Shown: positions 19,827 through 29,472 of the stretch, piece by piece
Layout of the letters: every line of letters begins with the position of its first letter
How positions within the stretch are numbered: the stretch's first letter is position 1
Assembly: GCA_965249055.1 (NCBI GenBank)
Contig: CBDFKX010000002.1
Location: 3,212,134 to 3,276,133 of the forward strand
Source of the DNA: Candidatus Aldehydirespiratoraceae bacterium
Lineage (GTDB): Bacteria; Actinomycetota; Acidimicrobiia; Acidimicrobiales; Aldehydirespiratoraceae
DNA length: 64,000 nucleotides
Direction: 5' to 3'
The notes under the pieces: generated by a model
Database searches by the model: none
What the model saw: the letters and a program-made list of their open reading frames with translations, nothing else
What the model was told of the DNA's origin: nothing
Program-made: the position numbers and the translations under genes

Positions 19827-20876
19827 TCACCTGCCCGGCGCTGAGAGCATCGCGTGTGCCTGCTCGATGAGGTGCGGCACATGTTCGCCGAGGCTGCCGA
19901 GTCGCTCGTCTCCGCTGTGACCATCAGCGAACCGTTGGTACAGCTGCTGGAGCACGACGGCGAGCTTCCACGTGGCGAACGCCTCATACCAGTCGACGTG
20001 ATCGACGCCGTGGCCCGCGGCTGCATACCGATTCACGAGGGCCGCTCGGGACGGGAAGCCTGACATGTCGAGGGCGATGGTTGGGGCCCGGTTGATCTCG
20101 TCGTCGGGATCTTGCCAGTAGCTCAGGAGGGTCCCGAGGTCGACCAGAGGGTCACCGAGCGTGGCCATGTCCCAGTCAAAGATCGACGTCACCCGATCGG
20201 GTTCACCTGACGCGAACATGCAGTTGTCGAACTTGAAGTCATTGTGAACCAGCGAAACTCGCGAGTCTCGGGGTCGGGCGGCGACGAGCCGGGTGTGCAC
20301 CTCATCGAACAGCGGAATCGGCCCTGCGTTCAGCCGTCGCCAACGTTCGTGCCAACCGGCGACCTGACGCTCGAGAAAACCATCCGGTCGACCCAATGTT
20401 TCCAACCCGGCGCTGGCGGGTTCAACCGAGTGGAACTCCGCGAGCGCGTCAATGAGCGCGTCTGACACCCGACGCTTCACGTTGGGCAGTCCAGCGAGCG
20501 ACTCGGGGAGGCTGTCTCGGACCACTTCGCCGCGACGGCGTTCGATCACGACAAACGGAGCACCGATTACAGAGAGGTCGTCGCAAAAAGCGAGCGCCCG
20601 GGGAGCACGATCGAATACCGGTGCGAGCCCGTTCAGCACTCGGTACTCCCGCGCCATGTCGTGTGCCCCAGGGGCGATCGTTCCGAAGGGCGGGCGGCGA
20701 AGGACAAGCTCCTGCCGGCCGAACGATACGCAGTAGGTAAGGTTCGCGTGCCCGCCGGTGAACTGCTTCGCCTCCATCTCGGAATCGAGACCCGGGAGGT
20801 AGCTGCGAAGCCACGCCTCGAGGCCCGCCCAGTCAAGGGGGTCGACCACTGGGGCCGTGTCGGTTGGGGAATCCAT
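19827..20876 (-). CDS. APH-family phosphotransferase (ACAD10/11 kinase-like)
   Basis: GGHANLTY, LRRPP, HNDFKFDN, DWDMATLGDP. Confidence 0.88.
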   Translation of the reverse strand: MDSPTDTAPVVDPLDWAGLEAWLRSYLPGLDSEMEAKQFTGGHANLTYCVSFGRQELVLRRPPFGTIAPGAHDMAREYRVLNGLAPVFDRAPRALAFCDDLSVIGAPFVVIERRRGEVVRDSLPESLAGLPNVKRRVSDALIDALAEFHSVEPASAGLETLGRPDGFLERQVAGWHERWRRLNAGPIPLFDEVHTRLVAARPRDSRVSLVHNDFKFDNCMFASGEPDRVTSIFDWDMATLGDPLVDLGTLLSYWQDPDDEINRAPTIALDMSGFPSRAALVNRYAAAGHGVDHVDWYEAFATWKLAVVLQQLYQRFADGHSGDERLGSLGEHVPHLIEQAHAMLSAPGR

Positions 20877-20892
20877 TGTCAGACGCAGGCTC

Positions 20893-21621
20893 CTACATCA
20901 GTGTGATTCCGCCGTCGACAAGCAGCATCTGGCCGGTGATGTACGACGCCATGGGTGACGCGAGGAACAGCGCCGCGTCCCCCATCTCCTCGGGCAGTCC
21001 CCATCGCCGCAGCGGGATCCGGCGGATGGTCGCGTCGTAGACGTCTGGGTCGTCGTGACTTCGGCGAGTGAGCTTCGTGTTCACGAAGCCCGGTGCGACA
21101 CCGTTGACCCGGATCCCGTCGCCGGCCCATGCATGGGCAAGGGATTTGGTCAACGTGACGAGCGCTCCCTTACTCGCCGAGTAGGCGGGCTGCCCGGGCG
21201 TGGCGACATAGCTCGACGTGGAACCGATCATCACCACGCTCGCCCCCTCGGTACTCGCGATCTTCGGGCGGAAAGCGGTGCACAGCGCCATCACACCGTT
21301 GAGGTTGACCTCTATGACCTTGCGAAACGTGTTGATGTCGAATTCGGCACCGCCATAAGCGACCGTTCCAACACTGGGAACCAGGACATCGATCTCACCG
21401 ATCTCCATAGCGAGCGGCTCTGCCCCTCCGGGATCGGTAACGTCGAGATGATGAAAGAGCAAGCCCTCCAGGTCGCTGTCCGAGTAATCGGCCGCGCGGG
21501 ATCGGGTGCCGGTGATGTGGACCCTGGCGCCGGCGGTTTCGAACCGTCGGGCAATGCCGAGGCCGATTCCGCTGCTTCCGCCGGCAACGAGGACGGTCCG
21601 GCCTGTGAAGTCGATCAGCAC
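20893..21621 (-). CDS. SDR oxidoreductase
   Basis: GGSSGIG, YSASK, NGVAPG, VDGG. Confidence 0.9.
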   Translation of the reverse strand: MLIDFTGRTVLVAGGSSGIGLGIARRFETAGARVHITGTRSRAADYSDSDLEGLLFHHLDVTDPGGAEPLAMEIGEIDVLVPSVGTVAYGGAEFDINTFRKVIEVNLNGVMALCTAFRPKIASTEGASVVMIGSTSSYVATPGQPAYSASKGALVTLTKSLAHAWAGDGIRVNGVAPGFVNTKLTRRSHDDPDVYDATIRRIPLRRWGLPEEMGDAALFLASPMASYITGQMLLVDGGITLM

Positions 21622-21652
21622 GGCGAGAGGAAGTCAGTCGTCGAGGAAATCG

Positions 21653-22099
21653 TCAGGAGCTCTCTAATCGGCTGATGACCTCAGCGACGACCTTGGCTCG
21701 CTCGCTGCTAGTTCCCGGCGCGTACGTCCGGTCGCTGATGATCACGCCGTCGGCATACTCGAGGACCGAGCACATGTTGATCCGGGTAACAGAGGAATCG
21801 GCGTCGTCGCCGCTGTACGTGCCACTCCAGACGCTCTCCACAACGACTGTGCTCCCGGAGACGATCCGCCGGGTCGCGGTGATCTGACGATCTGGATATG
21901 CCTCGAGCATCGCCGCCTCGATCTGCTTCACCCGTGCTCGGCCCTCGATCGTGTCCGAGTTGGCCATCGAGGTGACGACACAGTTCTCGGCGTAGCACTC
22001 GTCACACATACGCTGGGGATCCTCGTTGAACAGGCGCTCCCAGCGGAGGGTGGCGTCGTGGAGCGCGATCTCGTCCGGTGTCATTTCGTGTCGCGCCAT
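21653..22099 (-). CDS. SnoaL/NTF2-like protein
   Basis: CYAEN, IEGR, GSTVVVE, DGVI..DRTY pattern. Confidence 0.75.
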   Translation of the reverse strand: MARHEMTPDEIALHDATLRWERLFNEDPQRMCDECYAENCVVTSMANSDTIEGRARVKQIEAAMLEAYPDRQITATRRIVSGSTVVVESVWSGTYSGDDADSSVTRINMCSVLEYADGVIISDRTYAPGTSSERAKVVAEVISRLESS

Positions 22100-22116
22100 G
22101 TTCCCATCTCCGCGGG

Positions 22117-22806
22117 CTATTCGCTCGGCTCCGCGGCAACACCGCGGAGCAGGGAGGCCACGACCATCGTCACGTGCGAAACATCGGCCACGCCCCGCTG
22201 GCAACGACGGTACATCGAGAAGGCGCCGGCGTAGAGGAAGTCGACCGTTAGCACAGGATCGACCACGCGGAGCGAACCGTCCTCCATGCCATCGCGGACG
22301 ATCGTCAGGAGCCGGGCGCGCTGACGTTGGTCCTTCACCGTGATCTCAGCCCGGCGCTCCTCGCCCAGCGCGTACATCATCCGCAACGGGAGCGGCGGTC
22401 CGCCGGGTGCCTCGGCCAGCATCTGGCTGATGAAGGCTTGCAGGCGCTGCAGGCCGCTGCCGCGGCGCTCCTCCGCCATGTCGAGGTAGGCGTCGATCCG
22501 ATCGAGTGCACGGTCTGAGCAGACGAACGCCAGCTCTTCCTTGCTTCTGAAGTAGTGGTAAAGCGCATTGTTGGTGATGCCGATCTCCCGGGCGATGTCG
22601 GCCAACGACACTCCAGCAAACCCGCGCGTTTCGAACAGCGCCGACGCCACTGTGATGACGGCGTCGCGACGAGCGTTGAACTGTTGCGATCGCGCACCCT
22701 CCCAAGCCGTCCGGCCCTGAACGACGAGGGCTGGGACCCCGGTCTCGTCGCCCTCGAGGCCGGGGTCCTCTGCCGCGTGCGCTCGGGAGCTCCCGCCACT
22801 AGTCAT
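22117..22806 (-). CDS. TetR-family regulator
   Basis: LFETRGF..SLADIA..LYHYFRSKEEL. Confidence 0.88.
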   Translation of the reverse strand: MTSGGSSRAHAAEDPGLEGDETGVPALVVQGRTAWEGARSQQFNARRDAVITVASALFETRGFAGVSLADIAREIGITNNALYHYFRSKEELAFVCSDRALDRIDAYLDMAEERRGSGLQRLQAFISQMLAEAPGGPPLPLRMMYALGEERRAEITVKDQRQRARLLTIVRDGMEDGSLRVVDPVLTVDFLYAGAFSMYRRCQRGVADVSHVTMVVASLLRGVAAEPSE

Positions 22807-22921
22807 GTTCGGGTCTCTTGCTCTATTCCGCCTCTATTCCGCATCGGCGAGTCACCGGTCGGTCCCAGTATGGCTGCTACCGGCGTTTGGGGCGGGCAGT
22901 CCGTCGCCTTCATCGAGCGAA

Positions 22922-24451
22922 TCACCGCGCCTGGTCTCGGAGCACTCGCTTGAGGATCTTGCCCGTAGCGTTCCGAGGCAGCTCATCGATGAATACCACT
23001 GACTTAGGCACCTTGTACCGAGCGAGGTTGGCACGGCAGTGATCGACGACGGCCTGCTCGCTGAGTTGATGGCCGGGCTTGAGCATGACAAAGGCTCGCC
23101 CGACCTCCACCCATCGCTCGTCGGGGACGCCCACGACCGCGACCTCGGCGATTGCATCGATTTCGTAGAGCACGTTCTCCACCTCCGACGGATACACATT
23201 CTCGCCACCGCTGATGTACATGTCCTTCCAACGGTCGACGATGTAGTAGAAGCCATCCTCGTCACACCGTGCGGCGTCCCCGGTGTGCAGCCAGCCGTCG
23301 GTGATGGCCTCGCTCGTCGCCTCGGGGTTGTTCCAGTACCCAGGCGTCACGTTGAGGCCCCGGACCCACAGCTCGCCGGTCTCGCCGGGCGCGACGTCCT
23401 TTGCGTCGTCTCCGACGATACGTACCTCGTTGTGCACCGCCTCCTGTCCGGCCGAACCAATCCGGGTAGCGGCGTCGGCACGAGCGAGCGCCATCACTGT
23501 GGGGCTGGTCTCGGTCATGCCGTACACCTGCTGCAGCGCCACGCCCTTGTCCAACCATGTGTCGATGATGGTCGTTGGCGTAGGTGACCCGCCGACACTG
23601 ACACACTCGAGCGTCGGGAAGGTCGCGTCGGCGAAGTCCGGCTCGCCGCTCATCATCAGGAAGTTTGCCGGGACGCCGACCGTGTGTGTGATCCCGCTTT
23701 CGTGTGACCGAAGCACCGAGAGCGCCTCGGCCGGGTCGAAGGCAGGCATCACGACGTTGCACCCGCCGAAGTAGACGGCTGGATTCGCGAACAGGTTGAG
23801 CCCGGCGATGTGGAAGAGCGGGAGAAAGACGAGGTTGACCATCCCGGGGCGAAGCCCGAAGAACTCGAGCTGGTTCGCTACGTTCCAGAAGACCATCCCA
23901 TGGGTGATCATCGCCCCCTTCGGATTCCCGGTGGTCCCCGAGGTGTACATGATCAGCAGCGCATCGTCGTGGTCGACTTGCGTGGGAGCCGGCAGAGGCG
24001 ACGCTGCGGCGAGCGCTCCTTCATAGGAGAGCACCGGACCCTGGTCCGATCCGCCCCAACGGAGCCTCGGTGATGACCCGTGACGAATCGAGAGCTCCGC
24101 GGCCACGTCGTCTAGCTCGCTCCCATGGACGATCACGCTCGGCTTGCAATCGGACCAGATGTAGTCGAGCTCTCGCAGGGTCAACCGGCAGTTGGCGGGC
24201 ACCATGATGGCGCCGATAGCCGCGCACGCGAACTGCACCTCGAGGCAGTTCGTGGTGTTGTGGGCGAGCACCGCTACACGGTCGCCACGACCAACGCCGA
24301 ACTCGTCGGCGAGGACTGCGGCGAGCCGCGCCGCTCGTTCCCCGACTTGCGCCCAGGTGAACCTGCGTCCCGATCCGAGGTCGACCAGCGCCACCTGGTC
24401 GCCCCGGTTCCGCGCATGATGCGCCACCCAATCGTTCACTCGTAGCGACAT
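22922..24451 (-). CDS. acyl-CoA synthetase (AMP-forming)
   Basis: YTSGTTGNPKG, YGMTE, TGD, SGGENVYP, GKI. Confidence 0.92.
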   Translation of the reverse strand: MSLRVNDWVAHHARNRGDQVALVDLGSGRRFTWAQVGERAARLAAVLADEFGVGRGDRVAVLAHNTTNCLEVQFACAAIGAIMVPANCRLTLRELDYIWSDCKPSVIVHGSELDDVAAELSIRHGSSPRLRWGGSDQGPVLSYEGALAAASPLPAPTQVDHDDALLIMYTSGTTGNPKGAMITHGMVFWNVANQLEFFGLRPGMVNLVFLPLFHIAGLNLFANPAVYFGGCNVVMPAFDPAEALSVLRSHESGITHTVGVPANFLMMSGEPDFADATFPTLECVSVGGSPTPTTIIDTWLDKGVALQQVYGMTETSPTVMALARADAATRIGSAGQEAVHNEVRIVGDDAKDVAPGETGELWVRGLNVTPGYWNNPEATSEAITDGWLHTGDAARCDEDGFYYIVDRWKDMYISGGENVYPSEVENVLYEIDAIAEVAVVGVPDERWVEVGRAFVMLKPGHQLSEQAVVDHCRANLARYKVPKSVVFIDELPRNATGKILKRVLRDQAR

Positions 24452-24481
24452 CAGCGCTCGACCGTATTCATCAGACCGACC

Positions 24482-25363
24482 TCACGCCGGGCCAACCCGA
24501 CTCGCGTCGACACCGGACGTCTCTCGTTCTCCGACCTCGTTACGGAGCACGCCGATGCCCTCGATTTCGGCGACGAGGACGTCGCCGGGCTCGAGGTAGC
24601 CGTCGCCGCGCTCATAGGCAGTGCCCGCCGGCGTCCCAGTGAACAGGATGTCACCGGCGCGCAACCGGTTCCTTTCGTCCATGTAGGCGAGCAGCTCGTC
24701 GATGTCGAAGAGCACGTTCTTCGTGTTGTCTGTCTGGCGGAGCTCACCGTTGCGCGACAGCGTTATCTCCAGGGCCGGCTGACCTGGGCCGCCGAGCTCG
24801 TCCGGGGTCACGATCCACGGGCCGATCGGCGAGATCCCATCAGCCGCCTTCATCACGTACAAGTCGAAACCGCCGAGGGGTCCTGGAGCATCGCGGACGC
24901 TCATGTCGTTGCCGACCGTGTAGCCGAGCAGCGCAGCCGACGGAGCTTCGCCCGCCCGCAGAGGCCGACCGATCACGCCCACCAACTCCACCTCGTAGTC
25001 GAGCTGCTCGGTGTAGCTGGGATAGCGGATAGCCACCTCGGGACCGATGATGCTGGAGTCGACCTTCAGATAGGTGACGGGCGCTTTCGGTGGATCATCG
25101 AGGAATCCGGCGTCCCGCAGGTGTTCGATGTAGTTGCCGCCACAGGCAAAAACCCGGCCCGGCAGATCGAAAGGTGCGAGCACGGTGAGAACCTCGAGAG
25201 GTAGCGACTCCTCCGCCGTCGTCACCGCGTCGATCCCCTCGTCGACCACTAGGGGCGCCCACGCCGGTAGCGGGCCGGCGATGGCCTGTATGGAGCCGTC
25301 TGGACCCACGACACCCCAGAACGGTGTCTCGTGCCCTCCTCCGACGAACCGCCCGATCTTCAC
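24482..25363 (-). CDS. fumarylacetoacetate hydrolase family protein
   Basis: GGNY..H, DYEVEL, ND.SVRD, GDILFTGTP; GTG start overlapping upstream TGA. Confidence 0.88.
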   Translation of the reverse strand: MKIGRFVGGGHETPFWGVVGPDGSIQAIAGPLPAWAPLVVDEGIDAVTTAEESLPLEVLTVLAPFDLPGRVFACGGNYIEHLRDAGFLDDPPKAPVTYLKVDSSIIGPEVAIRYPSYTEQLDYEVELVGVIGRPLRAGEAPSAALLGYTVGNDMSVRDAPGPLGGFDLYVMKAADGISPIGPWIVTPDELGGPGQPALEITLSRNGELRQTDNTKNVLFDIDELLAYMDERNRLRAGDILFTGTPAGTAYERGDGYLEPGDVLVAEIEGIGVLRNEVGERETSGVDASRVGPA

Positions 25364-25839
25364 CCGTCGCTCTCGTGCTCGTCGGCTCCGCCTGACGGAT
25401 GCCTCGAGGGCGTCTGAACGTTGAACTTCGCTACGGCTACGACCTGGTCGTCGGCGTCGATCGCCTCCGCCGATACAACGACCCAACTCTTGCCATCGTG
25501 GCGCGGATGCAGCTCCCACACCGAAGCCTCGTACCGAACGGTCTGGCCGACCGGAACAGGTTTGGTGAACTTCGATTCCATGCTCGTGATTGCCGCGCCG
25601 GACTCACTCCAAGCTCGCGTGATGACGGACGCCATCTGCGACAGGGTGAACATGCCATGGATCACGGTGAGGGGAGTGCCCAGCACCTGTGCCCGTGATG
25701 CCCACTCTGGCTTCGTGTGCAGAGGGTTGAAGTCGAAGTGAGCCAGAGCCGTCTTATCGATGATTTCTTGCGTGATGGTCGTCTCGAATGCCGGCAGCTT
25801 GTCACCGATCTTCAGGTCCTCGAAATGCAGATCTGACAT
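25360..25839 (-). CDS. MaoC-family dehydratase
   Basis: DFNPLH, IHGM, KFTKPV..G hot-dog motifs. Confidence 0.85.
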   Translation of the reverse strand: MSDLHFEDLKIGDKLPAFETTITQEIIDKTALAHFDFNPLHTKPEWASRAQVLGTPLTVIHGMFTLSQMASVITRAWSESGAAITSMESKFTKPVPVGQTVRYEASVWELHPRHDGKSWVVVSAEAIDADDQVVAVAKFNVQTPSRHPSGGADEHESDG

Positions 25840-25852
25840 GTGTTCTTGCCCC

Positions 25853-26401
25853 TTACAGCGCTAGGAACCCGAGTATCTCGTCGCGGGACCTAGGCACCAG
25901 CAAGCGCAGGTGCCAAGTCGCCTTGAGAGTGCCGTGTTCGTTGTAGAAATCCCACTGGTCCTCGAGGTAGTACCGCCTACGACGAATCCACTTGTCCTTG
26001 TGGGTGATCCTGGCAGAGATCTCCTCCCCGACCTTGAACTGCTCGAAGAGCTCGATCCGCTGCCCGGGATTCGACGCCCCAGGCGTGCGGATCCAGCTGC
26101 CCATGCCGGTCTCAATGCAGTAGAAAGCGATTGGCACCACGAAGAGAGGGTGGGGAACGACGCCACCGTTCTGGCGTGCGTGATCGGCGTCGACCATCGC
26201 TGGGTCGGTCTCAAGCGAGGCGATGTTGAAGCTGAGGACGTCCTCCTCCTCGATCCGGAACGTCTGAGCGCCCTCGCCGGTCGCTCCGATTTCGATCTCG
26301 TCCCAGACCTCGTAGTCCTCGGCACCCTTGGCGAAGTCCCACTCGAACCGCCGCTGCTTTGCCGTCGAGGGGTACTGCTTCAACCGGTCGAGCTCGTTCA
26401 T
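25853..26401 (-). CDS. MaoC-like hot-dog protein (probable partner subunit)
   Basis: Hot-dog pattern GQRIELFEQFKVGE..DKWIRR..YNEHG; lacks canonical D..H motif. Confidence 0.65.
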   Translation of the reverse strand: MNELDRLKQYPSTAKQRRFEWDFAKGAEDYEVWDEIEIGATGEGAQTFRIEEEDVLSFNIASLETDPAMVDADHARQNGGVVPHPLFVVPIAFYCIETGMGSWIRTPGASNPGQRIELFEQFKVGEEISARITHKDKWIRRRRYYLEDQWDFYNEHGTLKATWHLRLLVPRSRDEILGFLAL

Positions 26402-26594
26402 GTACTCCTCGTTTCAGCACGTGTGCCTTGCGCCCGGCTGTGGACTGTCCGGTCGCCTTGGCTATAGGTCAAGCTGCGCTTGTTGGTACCCAGGTCGAAG
26501 TTGGGTCGCTTGATAGACCGATTGTATCGTCACGTAGTAGCCAAGCAAGTGGCGTCGCTTGTGGCGATGGTGACATCCACCTACGTTTGTTCGT

Positions 26595-26897
26595 GTGATC
26601 CGTCACATTGTGGTGTTCAGGTTCGAAAAGCACGTGACGGCAGAAGCGCAAACTCAGCTGCTCGGTGAGCTCGCTGAATTGCCAGATCGGTTTCCGAACA
26701 TGTTGCGGTTCGCTATTGGTCAGAACCGAAGCGTGCGTGACGATCGTTTCACTCACGCGCTCTCTACGGAGTTCCATGACTTGGACACGTTGAACGCATA
26801 CTTGAGCAGTGCCGAACATGACGCATTTGTCCGGGATCGTTTCACTCCATTGATCGCGGAGCGAGCCATCGTGTCGTTCAGCGACGACCGGGGCTGA
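26595..26897 (+). CDS. Dabb (stress-responsive A/B barrel) protein
   Basis: MIRHIVVFRF..F..LNAYL...H. Confidence 0.8.
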   Translation: MIRHIVVFRFEKHVTAEAQTQLLGELAELPDRFPNMLRFAIGQNRSVRDDRFTHALSTEFHDLDTLNAYLSSAEHDAFVRDRFTPLIAERAIVSFSDDRG

Positions 26898-26925
26898 TCC
26901 CGACATCCATCCCGCAACCGGATGA

Positions 26926-27240
26926 TCAATCGCTGGCTGGCAGAGGCGTGGCGCCCTTGGCGTGGAGGACTTCGCCATCGACTGCAGGGAGGCCTTCGCC
27001 CGCGGAGATGCACAGCAGCTCCACCGTCCCCGCCGTGTTGACGTAGCGCTTGCCGAGCAAGGAGCCACCGCCGTGCCCATCGACGATGTCGTTCCCGGAG
27101 GGTGCGCCCGTCTCTTCGGCCGTTGGCGGGGCACCGCCAATCATGGCGTCGATCGGTTCGGCGGGCGTCTTCACCGCGATCATGATGGTCGAACAGACCG
27201 TGCTGCACAACCGCCCACCGACTTCGATCACGGTCGGCAT
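26926..27240 (-). CDS. small hypothetical protein
   Basis: AAGGAGG RBS; STVCST..LGKRY..ELLC..GEG..PLPASD. Confidence 0.65.
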   Translation of the reverse strand: MPTVIEVGGRLCSTVCSTIMIAVKTPAEPIDAMIGGAPPTAEETGAPSGNDIVDGHGGGSLLGKRYVNTAGTVELLCISAGEGLPAVDGEVLHAKGATPLPASD

Positions 27241-27301
27241 GCGATTCCTCCTTCGCTGGCGCAACTCACCGTCGCGATGGCGACAGCGCAACGGTTCGGC
27301 A

Positions 27302-28516
27302 TCACGCCACCACGTTCTTGAGCTTCAGGTCGAGGATCTCCTCGATTTCGAGCCCGAGCTCACCGAGGATACCGTCGCCGTGAGCATTGAACGTCGGTGC
27401 CGGCCGCACCTTGGCCGGCTGCTCGTCGAACTGCACGGGCGGAGCGACGAGTAGCACTTCATCATCGCCGTCGCTGGACGCCACCGATACGAGGTAGCCG
27501 TTCTCGAGCGCCTGGCGATCGGTCGTCACGTCCAAGGTGTCCTGGACCCGCGTCCAGCGGATGCGAGATCGGCTGAGCTTGTCGCGCCAGTGCTCGTAGG
27601 GCTGTTGGCCGAACGCGTCGACGAGGATCCTGGCGACGGCGGGCCGGCCCTCGGCCAGGTTCTCCGACAGGTACCACTCGTAGTCAGCGAGGTCAGGCCG
27701 ATCGATCACCGCGCACACGTCCGGCCAGAAGTCCTGGGCCTGCAGACATGCGAGACAGAGCCAGGTCCCATCGCTCGTCTGGTACTGGTTGACCAGCGGG
27801 TTCACTGCAGAGCCAGCCGGCTCCTGCTGAGACGGCACCTCGTAGATCGCGGATTGCGTGATCCCCCCGCTGATGGTCCACATGCCGGCGGCCAGCAGCG
27901 ATGCGCTCACCGTCAGCGCTTCACCCGTGCGCTCGCGGTGGAACAGCGCTGAGGCGATCCCGCCCACTGTGTACATGGCGCCCGTGAAATCCCCGTAGCC
28001 GCTGCTCGGCATGAACGGCAGGAAGTCGGCCTCGACGGCCTTGGTGCCCAGGGCGATGCCGCTGCGGTTCCAGAAGTCGAGAATGTCGAACCCGCCGGTG
28101 CCGCCTTCGGGTCCTCGTTCGCCGTGCCCGCTGCCCTTCACGTAGATGAGGTCCGGGTTCGCGCGCCGGAGGTCTTCCACAGAGAACCCGAGCTTGCGGC
28201 GTGTCGCCTCGAGCTTGCTGGTGATGAAGACGTCGGATCCCTCGACCAACTGGTACAAGATGTCTCGCCCCTCCTGAGTAGCCAGGTTGAGGCCGATGCT
28301 CCGCTTGCCGCGGTTGGCAGCCTCGAGAACCGCGTTGGCCTTCGGCACCACGTCGGCAGAGCCGAAGAAGGCGCTCACTCCCCGAAGTGGATCGCCGGTC
28401 TCGTGGTGCTCGATCTTGATCACATCAGCGCCCCAGTCGGCGAGCACGCCTCCTGTCGCCGGGATGAACACGTAGTCGGCGATCTCGACCACCCTGATGC
28501 CGTCCATTGTCCCCAT
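27302..28516 (-). CDS. family III CoA-transferase (CaiB/BaiF)
   Basis: LADWGADVIKIE, NRGKRSI, GD motif. Confidence 0.9.
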   Translation of the reverse strand: MGTMDGIRVVEIADYVFIPATGGVLADWGADVIKIEHHETGDPLRGVSAFFGSADVVPKANAVLEAANRGKRSIGLNLATQEGRDILYQLVEGSDVFITSKLEATRRKLGFSVEDLRRANPDLIYVKGSGHGERGPEGGTGGFDILDFWNRSGIALGTKAVEADFLPFMPSSGYGDFTGAMYTVGGIASALFHRERTGEALTVSASLLAAGMWTISGGITQSAIYEVPSQQEPAGSAVNPLVNQYQTSDGTWLCLACLQAQDFWPDVCAVIDRPDLADYEWYLSENLAEGRPAVARILVDAFGQQPYEHWRDKLSRSRIRWTRVQDTLDVTTDRQALENGYLVSVASSDGDDEVLLVAPPVQFDEQPAKVRPAPTFNAHGDGILGELGLEIEEILDLKLKNVVA

Positions 28517-28580
28517 GAGACTCTCCTCTACTGTGACCCGCGACCAGGTCGTTTCCGAGCGACGCTAGTCGACCGATGAA

Positions 28581-29426
28581 TCAATTGCGGGTGCGGATTT
28601 CCGGCGCCGGGTCCGCAGCCCGGCATCTGTTGCGCATCTTGCCAATGCCGGAGATCGTGCTGGTCAGAACCTGACCGGCCCGCAGATAGACAGGCGGGTC
28701 GCGGCGGAACCCGACGCCTCCTGGCGTGCCGGTGGTCACGATGTCACCGGGCTCCAGCGGAACGATCTCCGAGATGTAAGACACGAGCCAAGCCGGTGTG
28801 AAAATCATGTCATCCGTCCGAGCGTGCTGCATCACCACATCATCGACCGCGCAGGACAGCGTGACCGTCATGGGATCGAGCTCATCGCTCGTCACCACCT
28901 CCGGACCAAGGGGGCTCGTCCGATCGAACGTCTTGCCCTGCAGGACCTCGGGAGTACGGCGCTGCCAGTCCCGGGCGCTCACGTCGTTGAGGATCGTGTA
29001 GCCGCCGATCGCGGTGCGTGCTTCGACCTCGCTAGCTCGATGGACATGGCGGCCGATCACCACGGCCAGCTCCACCTCCCAGTCGACGGCCTCGGAGACC
29101 GCGGGAAGGACGATGTCGTCCTCAGGCCCGACCAGCGAGCAGGCGAACTTAGCGAAGAGCGTAGGAAACTCGGGCAGCGGCCGTCCTAACTCCGCCGCGT
29201 GACTCCGGTAGTTGGTGCCGACACCGATGATCTTGCCTGGCTGGAGTACCGGCGCCAGCAACCGAACGCTCGCGAAGGCGTACCGTCTGCCGGTCTGCAG
29301 ATGGGACGGGTCCGTGCCCTGTCCGAAGACGTCCCCGACGTCGGCTGCCGCCAGCTCGACGTACTCGCCGGCATCGACCAGCGCGGCTCGGCTCCCACGG
29401 CCGTCGTCGATCGTGACGAGCCTCAT
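28581..29426 (-). CDS. fumarylacetoacetate hydrolase family protein
   Basis: GTNYRSH, DWEVEL, NDVSARDWQ, GKTFD, TGTPGG. Confidence 0.9.
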   Translation of the reverse strand: MRLVTIDDGRGSRAALVDAGEYVELAAADVGDVFGQGTDPSHLQTGRRYAFASVRLLAPVLQPGKIIGVGTNYRSHAAELGRPLPEFPTLFAKFACSLVGPEDDIVLPAVSEAVDWEVELAVVIGRHVHRASEVEARTAIGGYTILNDVSARDWQRRTPEVLQGKTFDRTSPLGPEVVTSDELDPMTVTLSCAVDDVVMQHARTDDMIFTPAWLVSYISEIVPLEPGDIVTTGTPGGVGFRRDPPVYLRAGQVLTSTISGIGKMRNRCRAADPAPEIRTRN

Positions 29427-29472
29427 CGCACTATCAAGAGGTCGGTACCGCCCCGATCGACCCGGCACGCGC

